Shown: one piece after another, positions 50,714 through 63,629 of the stretch
Numbering within the stretch: position 1 is the stretch's first letter
Layout: every line of letters starts with the position of its first letter
Assembly: GCA_030324005.1 (NCBI GenBank)
Contig: JARDVH010000025.1
Location: forward strand, 56,719,978 to 56,783,977
Direction: 5' to 3'
DNA: 64,000 nt
Origin: Negaprion brevirostris
Taxonomy: Eukaryota
The notes under the pieces: model-generated
Seen by the model: only the letters and a program-made list of their open reading frames with translations
Told to the model about the DNA's origin: nothing
The model's database searches: none
Translations under genes and position numbers: made by a program

Positions 50714-50923
50714 GCTATGATTTTCCAGGCCCTGCAGTGGCAGGTTTTTCAGCAGTGGCGGTGGCTTGTCACTTGTCAGCTGTGGGATCTTCCAGTCCCA
50801 TCGAAGTCAATGGCCATTTCGATGGCTCGCTGGTCACTCTGCTGGGCAACCCACTGCATGGGGTGGGGGGTCGCCACGGGTAGGCCCAAAAGATCCCACT
50901 GATGGGAAGAGCCGGAAAATCCC
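50714..50923. mobile_element. GC-rich MITE-like element
   Basis: GATTTTCC...GGAAAATC inverted ends around a CCCATCGAAGTCAATGG core. Confidence 0.55.
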
Positions 50924-53107
50924 ACTCTACAGGTCCAGTTAAAATAAGGAAAACTGCACTGGTCAACTGGATTGTGAAACGTTCTTTGTCCAAGTCCTGA
51001 TATAGAAAAGGACAAGAACCATCACAGCTTCCATTTGCCCTCTTGCTGATTCAAATTAGGCAGCTCATCTTCGATTACCTAATATGTAGGAATCGAGTGA
51101 AATAAATCCCAAGGAACCAATAAAACTCAAGACTACCATTAGTTCAAACGATTGCTTCCATTCTTCATTCCTCCTCATAAAAAACATTTAATTTTCTATT
51201 ATGTTACTTCAAATTACATTTAGAAACGAGAAACACAATCAGGTGAAATAAATCACGAGGAATCAATATTAGCCAACAGAATATCATTCGGCACTTCAGG
51301 TTCCCCATCCCCATTACTGCATTAAACTGGTTTACTATTTATTGCCAAAACATGACTTTAGAGGAGGAGAGAAGATGACTAACATTTTAACAGTCTATTA
51401 TTTTTGATCTAACTATTCCAATAATTCTTATATTTCTCATCTGATTTCCTGTCAGTAAATATGAGAAGACTCAATAAGTAGCCTAACCTACTGACATAGG
51501 TCAGTGCCATCAATGGTTCAGTGAGTTTATCTCCTCAGTGACGCTGCCAAAAAGGTGGTTTGATCTGGGCTCAGCAGTGGAGTTGCTACAATTCGTCCCA
51601 ATTTAATTGGTTGGGGTAATAAGTGAGGAAAAATGGACAAAAGAAAGGAAATGTTACGTACCTGCATGCACACAATCATACTGTCTCTGAACTCTGATGT
51701 CTTTTGTTGCTAAATCTGTCTCTCCTCAGTTCCCCAATCTTTCTTTCTCTTCTTCTCTTTCTCCCCTCAAATCATTTTCCATCTTTTCTGTTCACCACAG
51801 ATTCATTCTTCCTTTCTCCTTCGAATGGGAAAGGAACCAGTATTGCTTTCAGGGTGGTTGATTGGGAATACAATCTAACACTCAACAGGCTCTGTTCCCA
51901 TCTTTGCCTCAATCACTTGTGTTTCGCTCTACCCCCTCACTCCAGTGTCAAATTTTGCATTAGCTTCCCAATAGCTAATTTCCAATTCTTCTTCTTACTT
52001 ATCATTATTTCCATTGCCCCAACCTCTCGCTCTAATTACTCAACATCTGACTGGATCCTCCCTCCCCATTTTGTTCACTTCATCTTTAAGCCTTCACCAC
52101 CATCTGCAACTTGCCCTAGTCTTCTCCATTGGTGGGTGCAAAGAGATCACAGCCCAACTTATGCTTCTCTCAGAGATGCATTGCATTTAAAATCTAATTT
52201 GCTCCTTTAAGTATATTAATAGAAAAGTTATGTTTGTATGAGAACAAGAAGGCTCTCTGCTTTTTTAAAAAATTTTTTTTGTTTCGTTCCCAGCTACATG
52301 TTTGGGGAAATCAAATTGAGAAAGAGCACATATAGGTAGCGTACAATGGATGTAGAAAAGAAAGCTTTTAAACCTGCACTTTTTCAGCAGCCAATGCTTG
52401 GAAAAGCAATAAATGAAGAGCAAATTATCTAATAACTAATTCTTTCTTTCTTACCATGTCTTAAGAGCACGGCAGTAAATCATACCAAAATGTAGTAGAA
52501 AGAATAGGTTTATGGGTGACTACTGGAATGTCAATGCACAAACTTCATTTTTCATTATCAGTCTACTATGAGGCAGGGCAGCAGGACTCTGGGCTGAGTG
52601 CAAAACATAGCACTGCACTGCAAGAAATATAAACCTGTACACATGAGCACCTGCCACAAAATAAACAAGCTAAAACAAAATCTTCAATGCTCAATATTAT
52701 TCCACACAATCAAAAAACATGAGATGTACGACATGAAACACTGCACAAGGGTTTTTCTTAAGATTTGTGAGGAAGTCTGTCAATTGGAAGCCAGGAGGGC
52801 CAAATGTGCACAAATCATTGAAGACTGCAACTAGGTTGAGAAAGGGGCTCAAAAAGGCATACAGCAGCCTGGGCTTTATAAATAGGGACAAACAGTACAA
52901 AGCAAAGAATTTTGAACCATTATAAAACACTTATTCTGCCTCAACTGGAATACTACGTCCATTTCTGGGCACGTTCCCAACTTTTCCACAGTCGTTTGTG
53001 CTTCACTCTACACCTTCACTCCAGTGTCACATTTCGCATCAGCTTCCCAATACCAATTCTTCTTGCTTATTTATCATTACTTGCATTAACCTGACCTCTG
53101 ACTCTAA

Positions 53108-53410
53108 AAAGTAAAGTTTATTTACCACTCACAAGTAGACTTACATTAACACTGCAGTGAAGTTACTGTGAAAATCCCATAGTCACCATACCCATCTGTT
53201 CAGGTATAAAGAGAGAGAATTTAGCATGGCCAATTCACCTAACCTGCAAATGTTTGGACTGTGGGAGGAAACCAGAGCACCTGAAGGAAACTCATGCAAA
53301 CACAGGGAGAACATGCAAATTCCACACAGACAGTGACCCAAGCCGGGAATTGAATCCAGGTCTCTGGCACTATAAGGCAGCGGTGCTAACCACTGTACCA
53401 CCATGCCACC
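53108..53410 (-). mobile_element. V-SINE with the alternative tail
   Basis: Full head, V-domain and ATTTTCACAGTAACTTCACTGCAGTGTTAATGTAAG tail. Confidence 0.9.
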
Positions 53411-54004
53411 TCTAATTACTCCCACTGGATCCTCCCTTTTCCCTCGGCTCATTTTATCTTCAAGAGGATTGCATAGAAGTTGGTTCAGAATTCAGACAAT
53501 ATGGTTATGACAGTACAAAGTCAGCAAAAGACATACAGCATAGATATTTGTTGTAGTATGAAATACATCCTTCAATGTACAGCAACTGCTTAGCAATAGC
53601 AAAATAACAGCAAGAAAGTCAATGCAGTTCAGATGACCTCATGAATCATATGGTTTTTCTAGTTCTCAGAGTTCCTCATCACAGTAACTGCACTGTAATT
53701 CAATAAACAACTGTATAAACCTCCTACTAATCTTTCAAAAATGCTGTCCTGTGGTTCTACCACTGTATTTCAAAGAAAGTCATCATGACACTGCCACTTA
53801 TTGGCCACTGATACATTTTTGTTTTGAGAAACAATTTAAAAGCATACTGCCTCATTGTGATTCAGAACCGTGGTTAGTAGGCAAAAATAAAATGATAGGT
53901 CTGCAAGACAGCAACACTGTCTGAGTTCCACAGTCGGTAAGTTGTGGATGTTATACTCAATCGAGGGCAGGGGTGTCAAATACTCAGATCTTAAAGTCCA
54001 GCCA

Positions 54005-54210
54005 CTTCGGTCCTCCCCAAGTCTTTTATTTCACGTTTATTTGTTTGTCCTAATAGGCTGGAAATAGATTGTTTCTGGTCTTGTAGCCTCAATGTTTAAC
54101 GATCCTAATCGGAACTCCAAGGTCTATTAATGTCAGCAACATGACACATGTTAATTATTGAGAACAAGTTAAAATCCATATCTAATCGTGGAATAGAGAA
54201 AGGTAATCGG
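54005..54210 (+). repeat. Local direct repeat, copy 1 (about 200 bp)
   Basis: Aligns by eye to 55507-55705 with long exact runs, e.g. GATCCTAATCGGAACTCCAAGGTCTATTAATGTCAGCA. Confidence 0.95.
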
Positions 54211-54849
54211 CCCATTGAGTGTGTTCCAGCTCATTGAAAGAGCAATCAATTAGTCCCACTCGCTGACTCTCTTACCCGAGCCCTGTAATATGCTTTCTCT
54301 TTAATTCCCTGCAGTCTCCACGTCATACACGTAAATACAGATGGAATATTCAGGTCTGAAAAAGGAATACAGACTCAAAACGTTTCTTTCTCCACGGATG
54401 CTGCTAGATTTGCTGAGTTTTTCCAGCATTTTCTGTTTTCATTTCAAATTTCCAGTATCTGAAGTATTTTGCTTTTATTTTAGAATGTTCAACCCCACCC
54501 CAATTTACAGCCTTTCATTGAACAAGTTCCGCAAGTCTCTATAGTGTCAATTATTCTCAAACATAAATTCGATTTATATCAGATTTATCTCCTCTCCCAT
54601 AAACCAGTATCAATTAATCCTTCCTTCTGAGAAACTGCTGTATATTAACTAACTATCCTCCTCAAACCTATTAATGCTTTTGTGTGTGTGCAACTATCCC
54701 AAATCATGTTAACAAATTCCATCTTTACGTGCTCCCTACTCCAAATAGGCTGTGAAAATATGAATGGAGAATGTTCCAGTTAGAATTAACTTATGCATTT
54801 CATCATTCAATTTAGAGGGCCCACACTTGATTGAATGCTCCACTAGCTT

Positions 54850-55370
54850 CAGCAAACAACTCTCTCCTGACCAGCCTCCAACCTTGGCGTCTCCACAAAT
54901 GTAAACCACATCCAAGTCTGCTGCTTATACTATAACACATTATTTCATTCATTCATCATCCTTGTGTTCATTAACCTCAGTCAGCTCCTGATCTGGCAAC
55001 ATCACAAATGTAAAATTTTTTAGTTCCGTCATGGTCTCGGCCCTCCCGATTTCTGTAGCCTCCAGCAGCCCTGCAACACTCATACATATTTGTGTTTCTC
55101 CAATCTTGCTCATTTGTACACCTCTGAAATTCATGGCACCACCTGTAGTAGTTGTGTCTTGAAATGCGTCAGATTCAAATTCTTCCCCTAAACCCCTCTG
55201 CCTCCCTCCCTTCCCCTTTAAGATGCTTCTTAAAGCCACCTCTTTGGCCAAGCTTTTGATCACCTACCACAGTATCTTCAGGCTCACTATCACTTTGTTT
55301 GATAAAGTTCCTATGAAGTATGTTGGGACATTTTTCTAAGTTATATGTGTATTAGAAATGCAAGTTATGT
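54850..55370 (+). mobile_element. L2-type LINE 3' end
   Basis: FKMLLKATSL-like terminal peptide and a tail ending TTAGAAATGCAAGT, similar to the Deu-SINE tail. Confidence 0.65.
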
Positions 55371-55479
55371 AGAACCGTTAAAACTTGTGCTGACTTGGGA
55401 GTTAGAAATAGTGTAAATGCCACAAGTTGCTTCACAGCCACAGATCTCCCAAACTTTGAGCAAAAACTTAGCTAACTTG

Positions 55480-56020
55480 GAACATAAGAAATAGGAACTA
55501 GAGCCCCTTCAGTCCTCCCCGAGCCTTTTATTTCATATTTATTTGTTTGTCCTAGTAGACTGGAAATAGATTGTTTCTGGTTTTGTAGCCTCAATGTTTA
55601 ACAGATCCTAATCGGAACTCCAAGGTCTATTAATGTCAGCACATGTTAATTATTGAGAACAAATTAAAATCCATATCTAATCGCGGAATAGAAAAAGGTA
55701 ATCGGTCCCTCAAGTGAGCTCCGCCCTGATTACGGCGTTAACACTACTTTCCCGCCTGTACCACACAGCCGTCAACTATTTTGTAGATCAAACATCTGTC
55801 TAATTCAGCCTCGAAAATATTCACTGACTCAGCTTCCACTCTGTAGAAGAGAATTTTAAAGATCAACAACCTTGAGAAAAGAAATTCCCCCTCGCTTCCA
55901 TTTTAAATAGGAGACCTCTTATTTTAAAACAGTGCCCACTAGTTCGAGGCTTCCCAGAAGGCATCAAAGCGGTCAAGTCCAATCAGAACGTTATGTTTAA
56001 ATAGGATCACCTCATATTTA
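55480..56020 (-). mobile_element. CR1 3' end interrupted by the duplicated segment
   Basis: Tail GAACATAAGAAATAGGA at 55480, and TSGHCFKIRG...MEARGISF remnants. Confidence 0.75.
55507..55705 (+). repeat. Local direct repeat, copy 2
   Basis: See 54005-54210. Confidence 0.95.
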
Positions 56021-56849
56021 AAAGTGCATGTATAATTAAATTTGCAATAAATTAAATGCAATAACTTTATGACAAGTTAGAACCACATTTCGTGAGCTAC
56101 TTCGATTTGCTTTCAACATTTGGTTAATTTCATAAAATGCTGGACTCAAAGGATCTGGAAGGAGGTAGAAAAGACAATGAAGCTGTGTGCAATACTGAAT
56201 CTTCAAGTGAGATAATATTTGGTATAGTTCTTACCTCACTGACCAATCATTGTTTAGACTCACAAGGCATTGATACGAGGATCTTTAATTTATCCCTTGC
56301 TCCCTTCACCAAGAGTTCAAAGTGAGCTAGCTGATCAAATTACTCAAGAACTGCAGCTTTTTACAAGAGCAAAGTTAACATTGATTCCAAAAAGAATCTT
56401 TGTACATATAATTGAATTATATGTTGCAAATGTTCAGTTATTCTCAAGTGGATATACTACATGGCTCAAGGACCTGCAACTTCAACACAGTCCCAAAACA
56501 TGCAGATTCCCTAATGACACAAATTTAAGCTTTTATCACTTTGCCCACAAGCAATTAGAGGAATATAAATTAGGATATAAACTACTACTACTAGTTCTAG
56601 TTAATTGATGATTCAAAATTAAGCATAATTCCTGTAAATCCAATTCATTGCATCAACAAGATTTGCACAACATACTGAAGATGACAACCACAAAATTGGA
56701 GTGTCAATTTTTGCATTACAATTAAAATATCTCCTTACACATCACATTTGAGATAACATTCACAACACAGTTCTGATGAGAAAAATGTTTGTAATGTTCT
56801 ACAGTGCACTGAACTAAGCGATCCATTTCATTAGTAAAACGAGATTAAA

Positions 56850-57530
56850 GTGTCAGTTTGGATAAGTTTGTATTGCCGTTGCCTTTGAGTCAGGATTTGA
56901 GCACACAATCCAGGCTGACAACAAACAGAATACTGAGGGAATTCTGCATTGCTTGAGGTACCATCTCCCAGGTACCATGGAGCGGCACAATGGTTAGCAC
57001 TGCTGCCTCACAGTGCCAGGGACCCAGGTTTGATTCCTGGCTTAGGTCACTGTCTATGTGGAGTTTGCATGTTCCCCCTGCATCTGCGTGGGTTTCCTCT
57101 GGATGCTCCGGTTTCCTCCCACAGTCTGAAAGACGTGCTGCTTAGGTGCATTGACCCAAACTGGCATTGGAGTGTGGCGACTAAGGGAATTTCACAGTAA
57201 CTTCATTGCAGTGTTAATGTAAGCCTTACTTGTAACTAACAAATAAACTTTAAACTTTATCTATAGCCTGGAATGTTCAGGTGTAGGTCAGAAATTCCAC
57301 TGTACTTGATACAGAAGCATAGCACGTTCTTTCAATGTTCAGGTCATCATTCCTTCCTCAATTATCAAAACCAAAAACAGATTATTTGGTCACTCATTCT
57401 GCTGCTGTCCCAAAGATCTTTTTGTATGTATAAACTGACTGCCATTTTGCCTACGTGTGAGCACGCTTCCAAATAATCATAGCTGTGAAGACATTTAAGA
57501 TATCCTCTGGGCGTGATATATAAATTCTGT
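56850..57530 (+). mobile_element. Degenerate Deu-domain SINE with a nested V-SINE
   Basis: AATACTGAGGGAATTCTGCATTG before the V-SINE and AAACAGATTATTTGGTCA after it. Confidence 0.6.
56977..57260 (+). mobile_element. V-SINE with the alternative tail
   Basis: Head, V-domain and tail GGAATTTCACAGTAACTTCATTGCAGTGTTAATGTAAGCC...AATAAACTTTAAACTTT. Confidence 0.92.
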
Positions 57531-57810
57531 AGATTTAAAACTGAGATGAGGAAGAACTACTTCTCGCAGAGGGTGGTGAATTTGTGGAACTCTCTGCCCC
57601 ATAGGGCGGTGGAATCTGAATTGTTGAATGGTTTCAAGAAAGAGATAGATATATTTCTAATAAAAAAGGGATAAGGGGATATGGGAAACAGGTGGGGAGG
57701 TGGATTTGAGACCAGGGAGAGATCAGCTATGATCTGACTGAATGGTGGAACAGGCTTGAAGGGCTGAATTTGTCTATTTCTGCTCCTAATTACTGTGTTC
57801 CTATGTTTCT
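57530..57810 (+). mobile_element. CR1 3' end
   Basis: FKTEMRKNYFSQRVVNLWNSLP...FKKEIDIFL and the CR1 tail. Confidence 0.9.
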
Positions 57811-60207
57811 GATTCTTTCTCTGTAGTACACTGCAACAGCCTGTAGTGGATTAATTAATAGATATCATGCACAACACATAGTTCTAGTACAAAGTAGTAA
57901 AAAAAATGGAACAATGTGATTGTGTCTGCAATGAACCCAGTGTGTATAGTCAATCCATTTTGCAAACCCATATCCTCCTGCATAGTTCCTCAATTTGCTA
58001 CACTCCATAATTAAGTGCTACCAGCAAACTTGTACTTCTCGTGTGTGAGTATACAGGATCTTTACATAAATTACAACATCAGAAGTTTGTGGCATCTACC
58101 TTTTAATCGAAATAAGTTAGTTACTAGTTCAGATTCTACTCACCTTCCCCACAGCATTCCTCAAAAATGCATTGGAATAGAAAGCTATTTATTATTCTTA
58201 CCACAACCAAGCATTTAATAGAATGAAAGATATTCATGCTGCAAATTTTTTTTTAACACAATAACCTTCAAACATTGTCATATTGCTTTCTGCTTTAAAC
58301 ATTCCATTTAATATATTGGATCATCAATGGGATCTTTCAAAATTATTTTTCTGTTCAAAGAAACTGTAATGGATTGACAAACATGCCTGTTTATTTTCTT
58401 TGGTCTTCTAATTTACTGTACCATTTATCACGTCAACGAGTTTTCCATTCCATTTATCATCTCACAAACTGATATGACCTAATAGTACCGCAATCCCAAC
58501 CTCCTATGTGGCAAAAAGCTCTGTATCCGATCTGTAACTATTTATTCCTAATTCCATTCCAGCCCTTGCATATCCACAATGCCCCACCTTACAGATCAAC
58601 ACTTCCTTTGACCTCCTTTTTGCCATTAACATGTTTATTCCCTCCCAACCTAGTAATTTCCCCTTTGGGGTCCCCTTTCATCCATCCCACATTTGGCAGA
58701 CCTGAAGACAAATGTCTTCAATCTTCCCGATGTATAAATGGTGAAATTGTGGTTCATCTAAGGTTGGATGTCATATGAATGCAGAGGTAATAGTGGTGAG
58801 ATAGATTTGAGTACTGTTTCTGTATGGTTAGAGTTTTTCATAGAGGCCCCCTGGTGAGGTGGGAGAGGGGGGCAACAATCAGTCGGTCGGTGTTTTGAAG
58901 GAAAGCAGTTGGGAGCAACAATTGCTGTTTGTGTGGGAGGAAGGCCTCCATTAAAGTTGTCTGAACAGGAGGGGCTCCCATCAATCCCGCAGCCGGCTTA
59001 ACCATGAACCCCGCATGCACAGCGTGTGATGTATTCAGCACTCCAGAAGCAGCATTGAGCCTGAGTCTCCCAAAGTCTTAGAAAGGTGTTACAGATATTA
59101 GGTTGTAAAGGGTTATGCTTAAAAATAATCCCTTCGTTTTAAAGTGCAAGTAAGTTGGATACCAAATTCACATTTCGACTTAGATACAAAGTTAATATGC
59201 TTTCTGTTGCCATAGGAAGGAGCATAGAAGAGGCTGCTTTGGGTTCAGGTTACAGGCTTCCTCTTAAATCCAGAAATGTCACCTACATAACTGTTGCAGT
59301 TTTCTCTCATGTGGTCTGCAGCCAATTGAGAGATACAGAGTTGGTGATACAATCAGCCAGGCCTGCACTTTAAGCAGAGAAAATGTTGGCTCTATCATTC
59401 GCCACTCTGAATGTGGGCAACAGCTCGTGCTCAGCTCGAAGACTTAGTTTGTGAGGAGTTTGAGGTGGCTGGAAGATTTGCCAGCCTAAGCTGGAGAAAG
59501 AAATCCCCAATGTTACCCTCACAGAATGTTATTTCTGGGATTAGAAATTAGCCAGCTAGCAAAGGGAGGCAACCCATTGGAAGCTGGGGGCAACTGTGAA
59601 CTTCTTGCAATAAAAACTGTAACTGCGGTAAGTAAAAAAGAATTGTTCATTTCTGTAATTTAAAGTATAAGTGCCCTTACAAAAAAAAATGTTTAGTCAA
59701 TAGTGTCTTTAGTCATCTGATACAAGTTTTAAATATGAAATTTTGACATATGGGCAGCTGTTAACTGGACACGCAAATTTTTCTTTAAAAGTTATTGTTC
59801 TCCTATTGTCCATGAATTTCAAAACAATACAAATTATGTCTTAGAAGTAAAATATGCGGATGCTGGAAACAAACAGAAACAGAAAATGCTAAAAAATCTC
59901 AGGAGGTCTACAGCATCTGGGGGGAGAGAATAGAGCCAATGTTGACTCTAGATGGCCCTTCATAAGACCCTTTGTCAAATTATGTTTTGTTTCTTTATAT
60001 TACATTTTCAATCTTAATCGCAGGTGTACGTTATAAAACTTATATTTTAACTTTTGAGCTTATTTCCTGGCATGTCTTCCATGAAAATTGTGCAAGCCAA
60101 TTGTCTAATCAGTTTGTCTGATTACTTCACTTGCTGGATGTCAGATTCCCTATAGATGGCAGTAGATTGAAAATCACATTAAAAAAGGGAAATTGACACT
60201 CAACGTT

Positions 60208-60330
60208 GGGCAGGATTTTACAGCCTTGCTCTTCCTGAGAAAGCAAAATCCCAGCCGAGGTCAACAGACATTTCCATTGTCCGCCCCTCTCCTGCTCTGA
60301 TTCACGTGGTGGGCAGCACCAAAACTTGCC
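60208..60330. mobile_element. Short GC-rich MITE-like repeat
   Basis: GGGCAGGATTTT...AAAACTTGCC inverted ends. Homologous to 48201-48322. Confidence 0.6.
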
Positions 60331-60637
60331 TTTTGGCGTATAGCCCGAACACTTGAATGCCTTCTCTACACCTCACTGCCTCTCCTTCTCCTTCTTTTGC
60401 TCCTGTAGAACCTTCTTTAAAACAACTTTAGATTACTCCTCATAATATCTCCCCTCTTTGACCTAATATTACCATTTTTTTAACCTTATCATGCCTCTGT
60501 GAAGCACATTGGAATGTTTGTTTTCCTCTATTAAAGATCTAAATAAACATGTGTGGTTTGGCAGTTGAAAGCAAAACTGTACTCTACATCTCCTCATTAG
60601 TAATAAGAGATACTAGGAATTAATTTACGGAATGAAT

Positions 60638-60805
60638 AACAGAGAATCCCGGCAGCATAGAAGAAAGCCATTTGGCCCATTGAGCCTGCACTGACAACAA
60701 TCCCACCCCGGCTCTATCCCTGTAACGCCATGCATTTACCCTGCTAGTTCCCCTGACACGAAGGGACAATTTTGCATGGCCAATCGACCTAACCAGCACA
60801 TCTGG
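60638..60805 (-). mobile_element. 5'-truncated HE1-type V-SINE
   Basis: Reverse complement GATGTGCTGGTTAGGTCGATTGGCCATGC followed by the CR1-like tail. Confidence 0.85.
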
Positions 60806-61249
60806 AAGAAAATACAAAGAGATCACAAGTCGTTGTCGATTGTTTAAAAAATAGAAAATAGGAGAATGAAAGCTATAAATTTCCAAAGTATTAAAAATCT
60901 AATGGAAACGTTAGCCCTGGCTATCCCAAAATCCCACTGTGAGTGATGTTCCCTCTTTCAGCCCTGCCTCTCCACTGAAATCAACACAATCCACGAACAG
61001 CAAGGACTAAACACAGTTAAAGGTTGAAAAAAACCTCGTTTTGCAGCTGTTTTGAAATGCAAGAATTGAGGTGTCAAAATTACAGAAGAAAAAGCCATAA
61101 TCATACAAAGATATGACAGCATACACAAACAAAGTACTCCATCACCAAGGTCTAGGTTAGAAATTCAATCCATCAACGTTCATAGGCATGAGGATAGTGA
61201 TCCTCGAGCTTCTCCTGGAATTGATTTTCTCATAATCCCTACCTTCTGC

Positions 61250-62130
61250 TCTCTGTTGTGATGAAGTTAGTAAAGAGCCTGATGGATCAGTTTTCAAGGG
61301 GGTGGACATTTTGATTCCACTATTTGATCAAAATAATAGCCTGCTGCTAAAAGCATTGATTTTTGACAACCCAGAAAATGTTGATTTACAATAGTAATAC
61401 CTAAACTAATATGATAAAAATAAAAATAAATTTTCTGTTGTGGAACCCCAGAGGGTTAAGGGAGGTCCAAGTTCACATAAAACCATTTTGAGAAAGATGG
61501 CAAAACAGTTAACAAAATTCGAGGTTTCATCTCCAGAAATATACAATATAAAAGATAACCAGTCATGATGAGTTTATTTAAAATGGCAAAAAAAACCTCA
61601 TCATTTATTGTGTGCAGTAATGGGTTGCACTTTATCAGAAGGACACTGAGACTTTAGAATGGGTACAACACTGATTCACAAGGACAATGCCTTCTACTAA
61701 GGAATACAAATTTGATGCAAGGTTCAGAGACAACACACAAATTTCAAGACAATATAACAAAAATATTTTAGAAATATGTTATAAATGTTATAAAACAAAA
61801 GTTAGGGAGGAAGAGTAAGGGTAGATTGAACAGACTGTTTTCAGTAGTTGAGTTCAACTTTAAAATGAAGGGAAACCTCTTCAAGAGTTTTGAGGCTGCG
61901 GCATTTACTTCTAGAATTTGCAGCNNNNNNNNNNGGTTTGTGGTTGGGTTGGTGGTGTGGGGGAAATTAACATTTAAGATCAGTTTGGATAACAAGATGA
62001 AGGAAAAGGGTTAATGGGAATAAAACACTATTATGGAACAGGGTGTGTAAATGTGGTAATTAATTACTCATCATGTTGAGCATAAATGCTGACATGGACT
62101 GAATACTCTGTGTCACTCCTGTAACTTAAA
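61250..62130 (+). mobile_element. Very old CR1-like remnant
   Basis: VVEPQR, SLFKM and TLEWVQH.FTR remnants plus a degenerate 3' UTR. Confidence 0.5.
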
Positions 62131-62344
62131 TGTATCTCTAAGTATTTTAAGATTGCTCTGGAGACAATGACTAATTTGCAAACAACAGAAAGTAGGACAT
62201 TCCCATAAAAGCACAGTTATGAAATTCCTGTAAGNNNNNNNNNNNNNNNNNNNNNNNNNNNNNNNNNNNNNNNNNNNNNNNNNNNNNNNNNNNNNNNNNN
62301 NNNNNNNNNNNNNNNNNNNNNNNNNNNNNNNNNNCTAATAAATG

Positions 62345-62560
62345 CTAACTGAGATACGCATTCTATACTACTGCCGTAACTGAATCTCGCTTGGATGAAT
62401 CAATATAAAATTTGTCATTAAAACTAGATGGGTATCATTTCCCTCCAATTAGAAAAGACAAACCAAATGATGAAGGTGGCGGGATTGTTGTTTATATCAG
62501 CGAGGCTTTGATTTGTGCGGAGAGGGCGGATATTTGATATTCTTGGGTTAGAAGCTTCTC
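62345..62560 (+). mobile_element. LINE APE endonuclease N-terminal remnant of an atypical lineage
   Basis: AVTESRLDESI*NLSLKLDGYHFPPIRKDKPNDEGGGIVVYISE matches the TE(S/T)WL...GY...RxDR...GGGVxxY pattern. Confidence 0.75.
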
Positions 62561-63029
62561 ACATATCCTTTATACCCAATGGACAATAGCATTACTTCAA
62601 TTCAGTAAACTGATGATACAACAGAAACAACCAAGACTATCACCTATCAATTCTCTACACAAACAGGTTTACGTTCTACGATCTGTCTAAGTATCTAGAT
62701 AACAGGTGGAATTGAAATGCCTCAATTACTATAGTGACATAAAACAATTCTTTTCTCCACTATGTAGTTCATTCGATTTGTTAAAATGAGCAGATCAAGC
62801 GCTCAATAAAAAGATCTAGTATGTCACCTAAACTCCAACTTGCTATGATTTGAAACTCTCATTAAATTTTGTTACTAGAAATAATGGTGTGTTGTATTGC
62901 CTGGACATTTGTCAAAATGGATAACTGTAAAAGGTTGATGATTGAATACCAAATCTGATTATTTTTAAGCAGAGTTGCTGTTAAATTAAAAAAAACTTGA
63001 AGCAGCATTTTCTTAGAGAAAAATATACA

Positions 63030-63240
63030 AAGAACAAACATAGAACAAGGAACAGTACAGCAAAGGAACATGTCCTTTGGCCCTCTGAGCCTGCGCCGAT
63101 CATATTGTCGTATCTAGACTAACCGCTTATATCTCTATTCCCTGTTTATTCATGTGCCTATGAAAATAAGACTTAAATGTGGCTAACGTAACTGCCTCAA
63201 CAATCCCATTTGGCAAAGTATTTCAGACCTTCTGTGTAAG
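63030..63240 (-). mobile_element. CR1 3' tail
   Basis: Reverse complement of a CR1 tail ending TTCTATGTTTGTTCTT. Confidence 0.8.
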
Positions 63241-63629
63241 GTCAATCCTCCAAAAATTTTCAATCAGAATGGACAAATGATAAATAAAAAAGTCACTGGT
63301 AGAGCAGTCAATATTGCTTAAGATTTGTTCCGAAATATTGCTTCACATTGAAGATTAAGCACTTCCTTTAGTTTTTGAGAAACTGGATTGTAAGATAAAA
63401 GCTTATTTCCCTTTAAAATAAAACTATTATGGTTTCATCTGAGTAAGAGAAACCAGGGGGTTGAACAAAAATGAACAATGCAATGATACAGCAAAACAGA
63501 TTATGATTCTGGTTATCTTTTTAAGCAATTTTATTCTTTTTTGTCTAATTGTTGTGCTTACTTCCGTTGTTTCCAGGTCAGGGGTACTGATCTTGCTGAT
63601 CCAAAGAAAGATTCAGTTTTAATAAATCG

